Source: Felis catus | Taxonomy: Eukaryota | Length of the DNA stretch: 64,000 nucleotides | Direction of reading: 5' to 3' | Assembly (NCBI RefSeq): GCF_018350175.1 | Contig: NC_058368.1 | Span: 35,280,001 to 35,344,000 of the forward strand | Part shown: positions 51,720 to 64,000 of the stretch, piece by piece | Numbering within the stretch: position 1 is the first letter of the stretch | How the letters are laid out: each line of letters opens with the position of its first letter | Made by a program: the position numbers and the translations under genes | The notes under the pieces: model-generated | The model's database searches: none | Seen by the model: only the letters and a program-made list of their open reading frames with translations | What the model was told of the DNA's origin: nothing

Positions 51720-52320
51720 ATGTCTTTTGACAGGAAATGAATGATTTAAAATTGTGATATATCATACCATAGAATACTAACTCAGCACTAAAAAAGAATG
51801 AACTACTAATATACATAACAACCTGATGGGTCTCAAGGGAATAATGCTAAATTAAAAAGTCAATCACATAATCTTACATACTGTATGATTCTACTTATAT
51901 AACATTTTTGAAATAACACAACAATAAAGATGGGGAATAGACTAGCACTTTCTAGGGATTAGGGGAGGGAAAGAGAATAAAGTGATTCTGGCCATTAAAA
52001 GATAGCACAAGAGATCCTTGTGATACAAATGTTCTGAATCTTGACTGTGGTGGTAGTTACACAAATCTATAGATGCGATAACATTGCAGGGAACTAACTA
52101 CACACATACATTAAATGTGTGTGCATGTGAAACTGATGAGGTTTGAAAAAATTCTGTGGATTACAACAATGTCAATTTCCTGGCTGTGATACTGTATCAC
52201 AGTTATGCACAATATTACCTTTAAGGAAAACTGAGGGAAAGGTTCATGGGATATATGTATTATTTTGTACAACTGAATATGTGTTTATGGCTGTCTCCAA
52301 ATAAACAAAAAATAAACAAC
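51720..52320 (+). mobile_element. Ancient L1 3' end (L1MC/L1MD-like)
   Basis: Same 3'UTR type as 39520-40400. Confidence 0.82.
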
Positions 52321-53559
52321 ACTAAAAGAATTTTCTGAGGGTCCTCATTCTATCTCTGATCTTTTCTTATTCAAGAAGGACACCTGAGAAAAAACAACAA
52401 ATAAAAGAATGTATTGGTAAAAGCGTATTTTACAGTGATTGAAAATCCTGTAAAAATATTAGCTTTGAATTGATAGACAAATAAATGACTTTGCCAGCTA
52501 TGTTTTCCCTTCAAAAAGGAAGGAGTAAAATTAGCCATTCATTGACGGTTTACTTTTAGTCTACAGACTGTGTTGTCAGTTTGTGTAGGCTTGCCTTATT
52601 TTCAACCACCAAATCCAAAAATAGCTTATCCTAAACTCCTGCCATCTATAATCCAAGATCTCAGCAATTTTGCCTGGGAACTTTACACACACACACACAC
52701 ACAAAGTATCAGAAGTTAGGAGGAAATGGGAGCAGGAAACAGAGATTTGTTTGTAGAAGTCTTTCTTGCCCTTCCCATCTGGTTTACTTCAATGCCGGAC
52801 ATTCCTTCTTTGGTCTTCACTTCCTCAAGGTATTTACCAGACTGAGACTGAATTGTGTAAGTCACCAAGGAAGGAAATGCTGACTACCAGTGTTTGCCTG
52901 AGTGTCATGGGCCAGCCTGTATCAATGTATCCATGGTCCTACGAGTATTCTAAAGGACCTGGCATTTGCCTCGGTGCTGTTTGTTAGACAACTGCTGTTC
53001 CCTTGATGCTGTGATGTTCTGCATTATTAAACTTTCACCAATTTGTTTACAAGTTTTCCATCTCATCTATGACACTGGCAAAAATTCTGTGTATTACCCC
53101 TGTCTCCCACAAGTCTTCCATTTGAACAGTCAGAGACATGCTGGTGTCATGAAGTCCTCAAAGCCCCAGCTGCAAATATTACATTGACAATAGCATATTG
53201 TGCACATTGCAGTTGGGAAACAGAAGAAACTGTGCAGTTAGTTAAAAAAAAAAAATCACAGTTAAATACCAACTTTCAATTAGTGGAATTCAAATTTTCT
53301 ACTAGAACAGGGCTTTTTAAACTACTTGAATTGAAGAACCAATTGCATACTGATACATCTGTAAAGCTCAATAAAAATAATCAGAAAAATGAAAAAAAAA
53401 CCATGAAGACATAAAAAAATATAACCCCCAAATTTTATTAAATCAACACAGAATTACTCTATTAGACTGCTATAAAAAATTCTAAACACATAGCTCTAAA
53501 TTTCTGTGTAAATTTCAGTTTAAGTAGTTCACAAGCTGATGCTAGTTCACTATCCCTTT

Positions 53560-53784
53560 TTTTTTTTTAATTTTTTTTTTCAACGTTTATTTATTTTTGG
53601 GACAGAGAGAGGCAGAGCATGAACGGGGGAGGGGCAGAGAGAGAGGGAGACACAGAATCGGAAACAGGCTCCAGGCTCTGAGCCATCAGCCCAGAGCCCA
53701 ACGCGGGGCTCGAACTCACGGACCGCGAGATTGTGACCTGGCTGAAGTCGGACGCTTAACCGACTGCGCCACCCCGGCACCCCC
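53560..53784 (-). mobile_element. Young SINEC_Fc
   Basis: CpG-rich reverse copy; TSD ACTATCCCTTT at 53549-53559 and 53785-53795. Confidence 0.97.
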
Positions 53785-54147
53785 ACTATCCCTTTCTGAG
53801 CAGTGCTGAGCTACAGGACATTCTGTCAACTAGTCATCCTTCCTCTCTTCCTTATTCCTTTCTAATACTCACCTTTACAACACACCTTTCCACTTCTCTA
53901 CTCTGTTGCTGTTCTTGGCAAAGGAAAAGCTACTAGAAAAAGCCCAACTCTAACCAATCTTCCACACATGCATATTGTCTTAGTAAAAAATATATTTTTT
54001 AAAAGAACTGGCATGTCCACGTTTATCAAACTTGATGTTTGACTTCTACTTTCTCAGTGGTTAAAAGGACCCTATAAAATAGGAATTATCTCAGAGAAAT
54101 CAAAATAAGTCAACTTGTAAGTTGTAGGACCAGATATTAAAGCCTGA

Positions 54148-54362
54148 TTTTTTTTTTAAAGCTTATTTATTTTGTTGAGAGAGAGAGAGAAACAGTGCAA
54201 GAGCAGGGGAGGGGCAAAGAGAGAGGGAGAGACAGAATTAGAATCAGGCTCGAGGCTCCAAGCTGTCAGCACAGATTCCAAAGTGGGGCTCAAACCCAGG
54301 AACCGTGAGATCATGACCTGAGCTGGTCGGACACTTAACCAACTGAGCCACCCAGGTGCCCC
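54148..54362 (-). mobile_element. Can-SINE
   Basis: Reverse Can-SINE ending TGAGCCACCCAGGTGCCCC. Confidence 0.93.
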
Positions 54363-54429
54363 TGTTTTTTTTTTTTTTTTTCAAAATCTGAATGTTCTAC
54401 CATTTCCATCTCCTGCTGAAATATTCTAA

Positions 54430-54665
54430 AAAGATTACTATAACTATGTGAATCACTTTGGTGTGTAGTTTATCAGAATTTTCTTGCAGAACAGAGCTCA
54501 GTACATTAAGTTCCTTCCATTGCTATTTAATTATTCACTTACACATTTATTTTCTACCCCAAGGAGATCACACCCTCTTTGAAGGCAGACATTTTGTCTA
54601 TTACATTTTATATCTTCCACAGCATCTAGCACAAAATATAAATTCACATTCAGTAAATACAGAAT
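54430..54665 (+). mobile_element. LINE-2 3' end fragment
   Basis: CTCTTTGAAGGCAGACATTTTGTCT...CACAGCATCTAGCACA...TCAGTAAATA. Confidence 0.65.
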
Positions 54666-56719
54666 AAGGAAACTGGCACCAGTTCTCTTATTGTTAGTTG
54701 AAACCTTATTATGCATACCATAATTTTTTCAAAGAGAACGGAAAAAATACTTTAAAGTAAAATAAACATTTTAAATATCAAAAGAAAAATATGACAACAC
54801 AATTTTAATTCCCTTTGACGATCAAAAAGACCTCCCAACATCAAAGAAATTAGTTTTTATTGCCTTGGCAAAATATATGTTACAGAACAGTTACATTTAT
54901 TTGCCTTTTTTCTTATTTTGGACCACCGCAGTTATTTAGCAAAGAATTTTGGAGGACCCTAAATACTGGGCTGAATTTACTCCTTCGTCAATAACCAGAA
55001 AACCCCAGCTAGTAGACTAACCTCAAGAAGCAACTGATGACCAAAATTAGATGGTTTTCCAATGTACACTGCCATATTGGACTCACTTTACAGTGGACAG
55101 AATCCCTACATCTGCTTTAAAAGCTTTCTACTTTTAATTTTGCCAAAGCCTCTTTAAACACTGCCTATGTGCACTGAAGCTTTTTCAAACAAATCAGAGC
55201 TTTTTATGTCTCTAAAGCAGCTGTGAGGACTTCACATTTTCACAAAGGGAATAAAAGATGGAGGCTGTAAAGAGTGGCTTATGGGAGTCTCTGTACTTAC
55301 AAATAAAATGTCTTAATAAGCCTACTCATATAAACAAAAAAATGGGAGATAATCAAAACAATAAAAAATAATTTGCTATCTTGACCAGTGTAATTACATC
55401 AATGGAATCTGTCTACTGTTGTGGAGATGAAAAATAAAAATAAATAACACTAATGCTCTAAAATCTAACACACTAGAAAACTATACTTATGTTTCCAATT
55501 AAAGTTCTAGGTACAATTTTAATGGATTAGGCCGACATATATTTATATAATTCCATTTTTTTCCTAGTTGTTCTAGGCCAACTTTAAAGTGTCAAATTGT
55601 AATATATAAAAAAGAGCACAAACAAGATTTGGAAAATTATGATGAGCCTATAACATCTTGATAATAATCTCTTTATTCACAGTCTGAGTGAGCCCTGAGT
55701 AATCAAATTGAACACATACTTCTAAGAAAAGTATGCTATTTTGCTAGGTATTTAATTGCACAGTAGGTGTTTAATCCCTATGCCCAGAATACCTGAGAAC
55801 AATTTCTAATATATTTACATAGTGAATCATTTTATTGATAAAACCATCCACATCATTTGCCCAACATTAATATGCATCAGCAATAACTGACCATTAAATT
55901 GTGTGCTCTTAGCGGGAATGGAAAACTCCCATATCCTGACATGATATGTATATTCTGGAAAAGTAAACATTTGAATTGATAACAAAATATAAGAAATTCC
56001 TGAAATAGTGTTCATAGACCATATAATGGCTAGATTTTCCTCTTATTATTAGTTCTGTATGTACTGAAGCTCTTTCCAGAGATAAATGCATCATGACCCT
56101 GTTCTATTTTTTTATAATATGGAACTAGATATACTACAGCTAACCAGAACTCAGTGGGTTCTTACAAGCATTTATCAAACAAGTAAGTAAATGAAATAAT
56201 AGTTAAGGGACTGAATAAAAATATAAATATTACTATGTCTAATCAGGACTGAACAGAATGTTATATTAGCTTTTCTACTTCTTCAGATCTCTTACTGTAT
56301 CCAGTATGGTAATTTTCAAATTCTAAGCATTGAATAAGGACTTGTTTTTATTAAGACAACATGGTTTACATTCTTACCCCTCCAAAAAACCACCATGAAG
56401 AATTTGTATTTTATTCATTTTAAACTAATAAATTTTCACTGCATTTTTAAATTTTCACATTAAGAGTGCCTGTTCAACTGGAAGGCTTTTTAATTTCTTC
56501 CATAGATTTTTATAAGTGTCACCTCACTTATACAATAATATATAGTAATTTTCCCTTCTGCATTTTATAGCTCATAGTTTTGAAAGGCTATGTTTATCAA
56601 ACAAGAACAGACAAAACTAAATAGAAGCAGCGGTGTAAGAACCAGATCAAAGCCTGAATCCCTCCAAGGTTGTAAGAGACCATGAAGATGCCAGAAGACA
56701 GGATTAACCCTGCTGGCCA

Positions 56720-57505
56720 TAGTGTGAGCACAGAGTGTGGTGCTGAGGAGCGTGTGCTCTGGCAGACTAGGTCTGAATCCCAGGCCCACCATTTTCACAT
56801 TAAGAGTGATGTGGGGAACAAAGGCAAAAGAAAAAAGTTACATTTCCTTACAACCCAGAGCCCATTAATAAGTCCTTGAGACAGGCAGAATGACTTTCCT
56901 CTAGGAACTCAACTGTATGGATGATGACACTTACCTAAGGGCAAAAGGCAATCTTAGGTTAACATTATCCCCACACCCAGGATCCGGTTCTCCTTTAACA
57001 TATAAAAAATCCTTCAGAAACTTCCTTTATCTCTACCCACCCCTCCCAAGATATATGTTAGCAATCATCCTTCAAGTATGTGGCCCCCTGATATACATCT
57101 GAAGGGTCTCATGGCTAAGGTTTTACTAGACAGTAATAAATGACCTTTTTCTAACGACAGCTAACCCCCTGAATTTGCTTCCAAATTCCTCAGAGACTTA
57201 TCTAACCCCCTCCCAACTTGATAGTGTATAATCAGTCACTTCTCATAACCCTAATGCAGCTCTTTCTGCCCACAGGTCGTGTCCTCATGATTTCATAAAA
57301 CCACCTTTTTGCACCAAAGATGTCTCAAGAATTATTTGTTCACTCTGAACCCCAACAATTCCACATGAGAGAGGACAAGTAACCTCTATTTGCCTCACTT
57401 TTCTCATAGTTATAATGCAGACAAAAGAGCATCTAGGTTACCAGGAGAATTAAATGGGGACATGCATACAGTGAGTATTCAAAAAATGTTAGCTATTATG
57501 ACCAT
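56720..57505 (+). mobile_element. MIR split by a solo LTR
   Basis: MIR 5' part at 56720-56806 (CTGAATCCCAGGCCCACCA) resumes at about 57372 (GGACAAGTAACCTCT...CCTCACTTTTCTCAT...AAATGTTAGCTATTAT). Confidence 0.75.
56807..57368 (+). mobile_element. Carnivore ERV1 solo LTR (CarLTR-like)
   Basis: Inverted termini TGATGTGG...CCACATGA; TATA-like and poly(A)-like motifs; probable 4-bp TSD AGAG; interrupts a MIR. Confidence 0.8.
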
Positions 57506-58109
57506 TACAGAGAATCCATACTCCTTTTCTGGGAAATAGACAACATTTTTAAATTACATGTATTTTTCCAGTATCACTTGCCCTAAAGTTGATTTGTGCA
57601 TTAAGGACTTTTTTTCCTTTTCTAAACTTAATGTAGATTATAAATTTGTATTTAATTCTTGTTTCAGCATTATTATAGGCATGTTTGTAGAGGATGAGGG
57701 TAGAAGAATTATCCCCAATAAGAACCCGTCCTTGAAAAAGAGGGGTCATTAATCCTAGAAGGCAAGAAGTTGGCACTGACAACCTTTCATCTGCCCTTTG
57801 TTCTCTTTCCTTCCTTCTCTGCTTTTAATATCCCCATTTCCTGCTGGCTCTCTGTGTCTTCATGATGCTACTTCAATATAAAACAAGGTGATTAAAACTA
57901 ATTGTCACTAGAGTATTAAAGGTATGTCACACTTCCCACGATGTTTGCATTTTAAAAGAGGCTTTTCTGTAAGAGTGGCGCTTCCTATATTGTGTAAGTC
58001 TCAAACAGTGAAATTTCAGTCACTGTAGTATCAACTGCATAAATAGAGATAATCTTAGAGTATATGGGGGGCAAGTACACATTTCACAAAAGGCAAGACA
58101 AGTGAAGCT

Positions 58110-58480
58110 GAAAATGATGGCCTGGTAAGTCTAATATCAACAGTAAAATAATAAAACAGGCCCAATGAGATGAAATTTATCAAAATCCAGAGGATGATGG
58201 AATCATGAGCAATAAGCAGCACAGTTTTATAAAGAACAAATCATGCCCGACACAATCAATAGCTCTTTTCAGCAGAATGATAAAATTAGAGGATGAAGGG
58301 AATCAGGTAAATGTTGCCTATTTGCACTATCACAATGCATTTAAAATGGTCCCTGTGAATTTTAAATTCAACCATAGATAAAACTGATTCAGCTATGAAT
58401 GCTTTCTAAAAAGGCCTGGAAAAAAAAATGTAAAATGTCATAGATAATGACAATGGAGGCCGTTGTGGGATGCTCAAGTT
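58110..58480 (+). mobile_element. L3/CR1 LINE fossil, RT domain
   Basis: From 58202 one frame reads IMSNKQHSFIKNKSCPTQSIALFSRMIKLEDEGNQVNVAYLHYHNAFKMVP, matching the CR1 pattern QHGF..KSC.TNL..F.....D.G..VD..YLDF.KAFD.V. Confidence 0.8.
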
Positions 58481-59609
58481 AATAAAGCTCATTCACTACA
58501 TTTCCTAAACCGATGAAAGGGAAAAGGTGTATTAGGATTGTGTATAACATACTTAGTGAATAGCACGTTTCATGAAACGCAATTAGGTAGATTTTAAAGT
58601 ACGATGGATAAGCTGAAAGTATCTTAAGTGAGATCCCTGCAACAACTCTCTCTACACTAAAATAAAACAGACTGAGCTAAAGGAAAAGCCCTCAGGACTG
58701 AGAATCAAGAGATCCTGGTTTGTGTTCTCCTTCCCTCTTCCCTAATTGCAGTCTTCTATGACTCATTTACTGTCTGGGATTCCTTCCCCAACCCAGACTT
58801 TAGGATTAAATGATATGGCAGGAATCTGATCATGCCCATTGAATATATCAGCTCTTTGACCAGAACCTGATGGGACAAGTTTATAGATATTTTCTCAACT
58901 CTGACACCCCTGGTCTTAGCTAAGAACAATGGTAATCAGAGCCTTGGTTCAGAGAACGACAAGTAATAAATAACTAGGGCAATGAAATAAGAATAATAAC
59001 ATACATGTGTAGAAAGTTCTAGAGCAACTAAAACAAAATAATAAGAGATAATCATGGGCAATTGGCTAAATTTTCGAAGAAGTGACGTTTGCACTGGGCC
59101 TTCAAGGCCACATAGCAGAGGGGAGGGACCTGAGATGTTTGCCATGTAAAGGAAGAGCAGACATGGGAACTCTCCTCATGGATATAATGAGAACTCCTGT
59201 TCAGTCTAGCTCAGAATGCTGCTTTCAGACTAGATGGAACACATTCATAAGACATATAAATATAAAGGATTTCAATTACATCATGAGCAATTAAAAACTA
59301 CTTTGAAATAAAATCACCTGGCAGGATAAAAGCTAGGTGAGGCTTAAAGGCCTTCAGCCTAAATATGGCAGTGTTAGCATCACTGAGCTTCATCCACCTT
59401 TCTACCTCCGCTTCTGCATCATGAGCAGACTAGGGAGATGCCACATGCAGAGTGGAGCCTGAGTTTTGTTATGGGTACACGTACTCCAAAACAGAGCATG
59501 ACTCACACGTGTGGGATATGAAACCTCCTACAGATCAGCATGGATTTACAGGCAGCAGCTGCCACTATCCTCCCCTGCAGTTATGTTCACTGTGAAGAGG
59601 GGAGTAGCA

Positions 59610-59870
59610 GTGTTCCCACCCTCCAAGCTTAAACGCTTGCCATCACCTTTGACGCCTTCTTTCTGTGTTATGATTTCACAGTAACTCATCATGTTTCTTG
59701 TACTCATCTTTTCATTTCCTTTCATGTGGGCACCAACAAATCTACCTTCTCACCAGAACAATTACAAGGCTCCCTTTCTGAGGTCTTCCATTGGAGGCAT
59801 CTACCCTCTTTCCTCCACTGCATCCCCCATACCTGGCATAAAAATATACTGATTTTTTATTTTGTAGTCA
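59610..59870 (+). mobile_element. LINE-2 fragment
   Basis: Pyrimidine-rich CATCACCTTTGAC...TCTCACCAGAACAATTACAA pattern. Confidence 0.5.
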
Positions 59871-60193
59871 TAGGTTTCTAGAATCTTCATTTTTTAGCAT
59901 ACAAAAATTTGGTATTACTTTTATTATTAAGCTCTTTGGGGACAGTCCTGTGACAGAGATCAGCTCTTCTTGGGGTCTATACGTGAATATTAAATACCTG
60001 TTACCAACTATCATTAAGACTCATAATCATTTTATTTAAACTGAGTTATCAAAAATAGGAATATATAATCTATGTATGTGTATAATTTATATCTATCTAC
60101 TTATTTATCTACCTAAACACATAGTACCACATAAAGTACTAGCTGAGAGGTCTTTCTTCTCCCCAAGGGGCTACTAACTGGCCGGAGGGTATC

Positions 60194-61020
60194 TGTTGAA
60201 ACGGCTCACAGTTAAAAATAAAAGATGCTAAATTCTGTATAGTCATGTTCAAAGGAAGTTTGAGTCATGGTCCTAGAATCTCACAGTTTAAATAAGTCTC
60301 TGAGAAGTAACTTTTCCTGCCAGGAAGGGAGGGTTGTCTTGCCTCCTGAGGAGAATTAAATCAGGAGATAACTAGCTACCTCTTTTCCCCTTTTCTCCAT
60401 GGGGTGAGGTTGATAGTGGTGGAACATTAACTTATTTCTCCCCATAATAGAGTTCTGTCCATCAACTCCCAAACTGGAGACTTGCACCTGCCTTCTATCT
60501 AAAAGTGGCCAAGTGATCAAGCAGCAGATGTGCCTGATGTGACCAGGAGATGACCAGAAGAGAGTGAACCTGAAAGACATCCTACAGAGGAACAGCTTAC
60601 ACTCCCAGAAATTAGCACTCAAGGATTCATGAATCCTTTGACATGAATCAAAAGGATGCCACCCTGAGTAACTGGGACTTATGTCAACTTTCCAGTCACC
60701 AGCTGGAGTGAGAAGTGTCTAAAAAACAAGAGATTTTAAAGTATATAGCTACCTGTGGAGACAAAGAGAGAAGTGACTATCTCAGTGAGGTCATCAGACC
60801 AGTGAACTGAACCACCAAAGTCCCCAAAGAACCACCAAATGAATCCTATGAATAATCTAGCATTTGGAGGCTTGAGGTGGGGGGCACATCCAGAAAGAAC
60901 TAATGGACACATTGGGTATCCAATTGTACAATAATCACAAGAATGTACTGTCCCCTCCCCTCCTATAGCCACTAGCAGTGCCTGGGGCTGAGAGAGACCT
61001 CTCTCTCAGGCCATCAGTTG
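60194..61020 (+). mobile_element. Probable ancient LTR (MamGypLTR-like)
   Basis: Compositional similarity to 42250-43250; family not securely identified. Confidence 0.3.
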
Positions 61021-61433
61021 TTAACAATTTAAAATCAGCTTCTTCTCAGCTTTGTAGAACCTCTGCTCTGCCTCCTGGGGAGAAAACGTCAAATTAGAGA
61101 GTGTATAAAAATACCTGAAGTTAACTGATTCACACCAGAAGTCTGAAAATGTTATGGAATAAGAGTAACATTTATCAGAAGGTATGGCAATATAGTCAAT
61201 TGACAACTTTTAAGTCTGAAACATAAACATCTATTTATGAAAGACTACTTTAAAAAAAGGAAGAAAAATATAAAATTAAAGTAGAGCAAATATAATTCCA
61301 AAGTACATATTAATAATTGTTTTCATTTTTGAATCATCGTTAATTATAGTATAGTACTAAGAAAAACATTTTGGATTGGAACTAAAGACTTGAACTCTAG
61401 TACACATGAAAATATTTAAAAACTGAGTTAGCA

Positions 61434-61673
61434 GGGGCACCTGGGTGGCTCAGTCGGTTGAGTGTCCGACTTCAGCTCAGGTCACGATCTCGTAGTCCGT
61501 GGGTTTGAGCCCCGCGTCAGGCTCTGGGCTGATGATGGCCCAGAGCCTGGAGCCTGCTTCCGATTCTGTGTCTCCCTCTCTCTCTGACCCTCCCCCATTC
61601 ATGCTCTGTCTCTCTCCGTCTCAAAAATAAATAAACGTTAAAAAATTTTTAAAAAAATAAAATGAAAAAAATT
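61434..61673 (+). mobile_element. SINEC_Fc
   Basis: Complete Can-SINE; TSD AAAACTGA(G/A)TTAGCA at 61419-61433 and 61674-61688. Confidence 0.96.
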
Positions 61674-61743
61674 AAAACTGAATTAGCAATATAGCCATTA
61701 TGAGCCATAACTCTATTCATGTGAATTAAGAGTATTAATTATT

Positions 61744-62354
61744 TCTCAAAAAATTAAAAATAGAACTACCATACAATCCAGGAATTCCACTTCTAGATAT
61801 TTATCTGAAGAAAATGAAAACACTAAGTCAAAAAGAGAGGTGCACCCTTATTTTCAACACACATTATTTATAATAGCCAAGATATGGAAGCAGCCTAAAT
61901 GTCCATCAATAGATGAATGGCTAAAGAAGATGTGGTATGTATATACAATGGAGTATTACTCAGCCATAAAAAAGGAATGAAATCTTGGATGGATCTAGAA
62001 GGTATTATGCTAAGTGAAATAAGTCAGAGAAAGACAAATAAGATGATTTCACTTGTATGTGGAATCTAAACACAAAACAAAACAGACTCATAGAGAGAAC
62101 TAATGGTGCCAGAGAGGAGGGGGGGTAGGGGATTAAGAGGTAAAATCTTCCAATTATAAAACAAGTAAGACATGGGGATATAATGTGTAGCATAGGAAAT
62201 ATAGTAAGTAATATTGTAACAAGTTTGCATCATGGCAGATGATAATTGGACTTATTATGGTGACCATTTCATAATGTATGCAAATATCAAATCACTATGT
62301 TTATTGTTCACCTGAATCCAACACAACACTGTATGCCAATTATTCTTCAATAAA
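61744..62354 (+). mobile_element. 5'-truncated older L1 3' end
   Basis: ORF2 end plus 3'UTR; 16-bp TSD AAGAGTA(T/G)TAATTATT at 61728-61743 and 62355-62370. Confidence 0.92.
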
Positions 62355-64000
62355 AAGAGTAGTAATTATTGCAGTGCCCACCAAAAACAGGCAATTGAAA
62401 CAAACAACATATGTCATATTATCATCCATACTATTATTAGACTTTCCAAATTCACTATTCAAGTCTACAGTTTTGGTAGAGATATTAAAAAAAAAAATTC
62501 CATATAACACCAAATCTTATTTTACTCACTGAAAGTTTTTGCCAAGTTGATCTCTTTCAAAATATGTTAGGGTATTCCTCTGAAACTCACATCCAAAATC
62601 TCTTACCCAAATGAGGGAATTGGATTCTGTATTTTCTAAATTTCCCTTCAACTCTTATAAGCTGATTTTATGATTGTACCTTTTCCTTTAATTCTTGGAA
62701 CACCTTTTATTAGAACTGTTAACAAGTATGAGCATAGTCTAATTTCAGTTTTCTACCAAAGCTAATGAGTATAATAATCAAATGGGAGCAGAAATCTAGA
62801 AGGAGGAGAACTAAGAGGGCAAAAATTTAAAGAGAAACAGACTGAAATAATCAGCTAACAAAGTAACCAAGAGTTAACATTCTGTTCATCTTACTTACTA
62901 CAGCATTCTATTATATATATTTCACACAGTCATTGGATTGCCTAAAACAAACGTTTGAAAATTACAAAGTTTAAGTGTCCATGGATAATGAGGCAGGAGA
63001 CAATTGTCACTTCCTGATTCAGATAGGATATGAAGGATCACCAGTCTGAGATAAGAGAGGGGAAAAATTTCATGTTACCTATGGTGAATTTGAACTGCCT
63101 AGAAAGAAATAGTTTCTGGGAGTTAGTTTCTTAGCAACTTGGTGCTGTGGCATAAGGCATTCTCCACTTTTTACTTTTCAAGCAGGTTGGTCTGAAGCAT
63201 TGCTGGAACAAATTTTAACAAAAGAGCCGGATCCAGCATTTGTGATGTTTCATTCCCAGGAAGTTAGTGGGTTCCCTGGATTCAAGGATAGATACTGGGT
63301 TACACACACTTGGTATTGCGAGCATTCTGATTTTGTCCACAAACACTAAATTCTCTATTTATGCAACCCAAACACTGATGTTAAATAACTCGCAAAGGAA
63401 ACATGGTAATGCAGAGATTGCTAAAATAATCAGGCAGGAAGCAAAGGAGGCCAAAGAGAGAATTTCACATCAGAAACCTGTTCTATTTTCCCACTGAGGC
63501 TAAAGTAACTACGAATCATTTTAATTAATCTGCCATAAAATGTCACAGCCTAAATGAGTTCAAAGGATTTCAATTCAATCCATAGTGCAACACAAATACC
63601 ACCATGAGCTAGAGCCAATGCTGCAGCCTTAAATCTGAGAGACATGCAGATAAGAAGACAGGTGTATGCATAAAAGAATCAAGTATAGTAGAAACCAATT
63701 ACAGCAAAGTCGTTTTTCTTCCATAAGAAAAAAATTGTATTATAAAAAGAAAAATTACTACAATGAAAGGGACTGTGACTTCTCTAATGATTGAAGTATC
63801 TACATACTTTCTTGATGAAATGAATTTCACTCAGGGTGAATTATAAATAAATTGTCCAGCTTGCCATGCATATTATAGTTCTACTGAGAATCGTACCACC
63901 TGCACTGAAAGATATATTTGCCACCTCATGTCCTAAACAATCCGATGTAATTAATGGGGCAGTTATAATTAATATGATGTTTTCATATCTAAGATTAAAT

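Noticed and set aside
52716..52850. Minus-strand frame GKYLEEVKTKEGMSGIEVNQMGRARK
   Set aside because: Looks protein-like but is short, unrecognised and has a weak acceptor.
57549..57782. Short ORFs on both strands with nearby AG acceptors
   Set aside because: No recognisable protein and no consistent donor.
1..64000. CRISPR arrays, rRNA genes or prokaryotic systems
   Set aside because: No repeat-spacer arrays or operon-like coding density; the sequence is mammalian.

Overview
Mammalian DNA from a felid (cat family). The lineage is inferred from 18 tRNA-derived Can-SINEs, several of SINEC_Fc type, and a feline-type L1. The window is AT-rich and dominated by repeats, and I recognise no host protein-coding exon. 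Main contents: (1) a young full-length L1 (1297-7209, +) with a perfect 16-bp TSD and three frameshifts but no in-frame nonsense codons; (2) a complete two-LTR, non-coding class I ERV (8332-15618, +) with a 4-bp TSD, gag/env remnants and four nested insertions; (3) older L1, L2, MIR, L3/CR1, LTR and DNA-transposon fossils, including a twin-primed L1. L1 and LTR elements lie mostly on the + strand. Together with several minus-strand splice-site pairs, this hints at an intron of a minus-strand transcript, which is inference only. I found no convincing new biological system. Repeat family names are from recall of consensus sequences, not from a search, and the boundaries of old elements are approximate.
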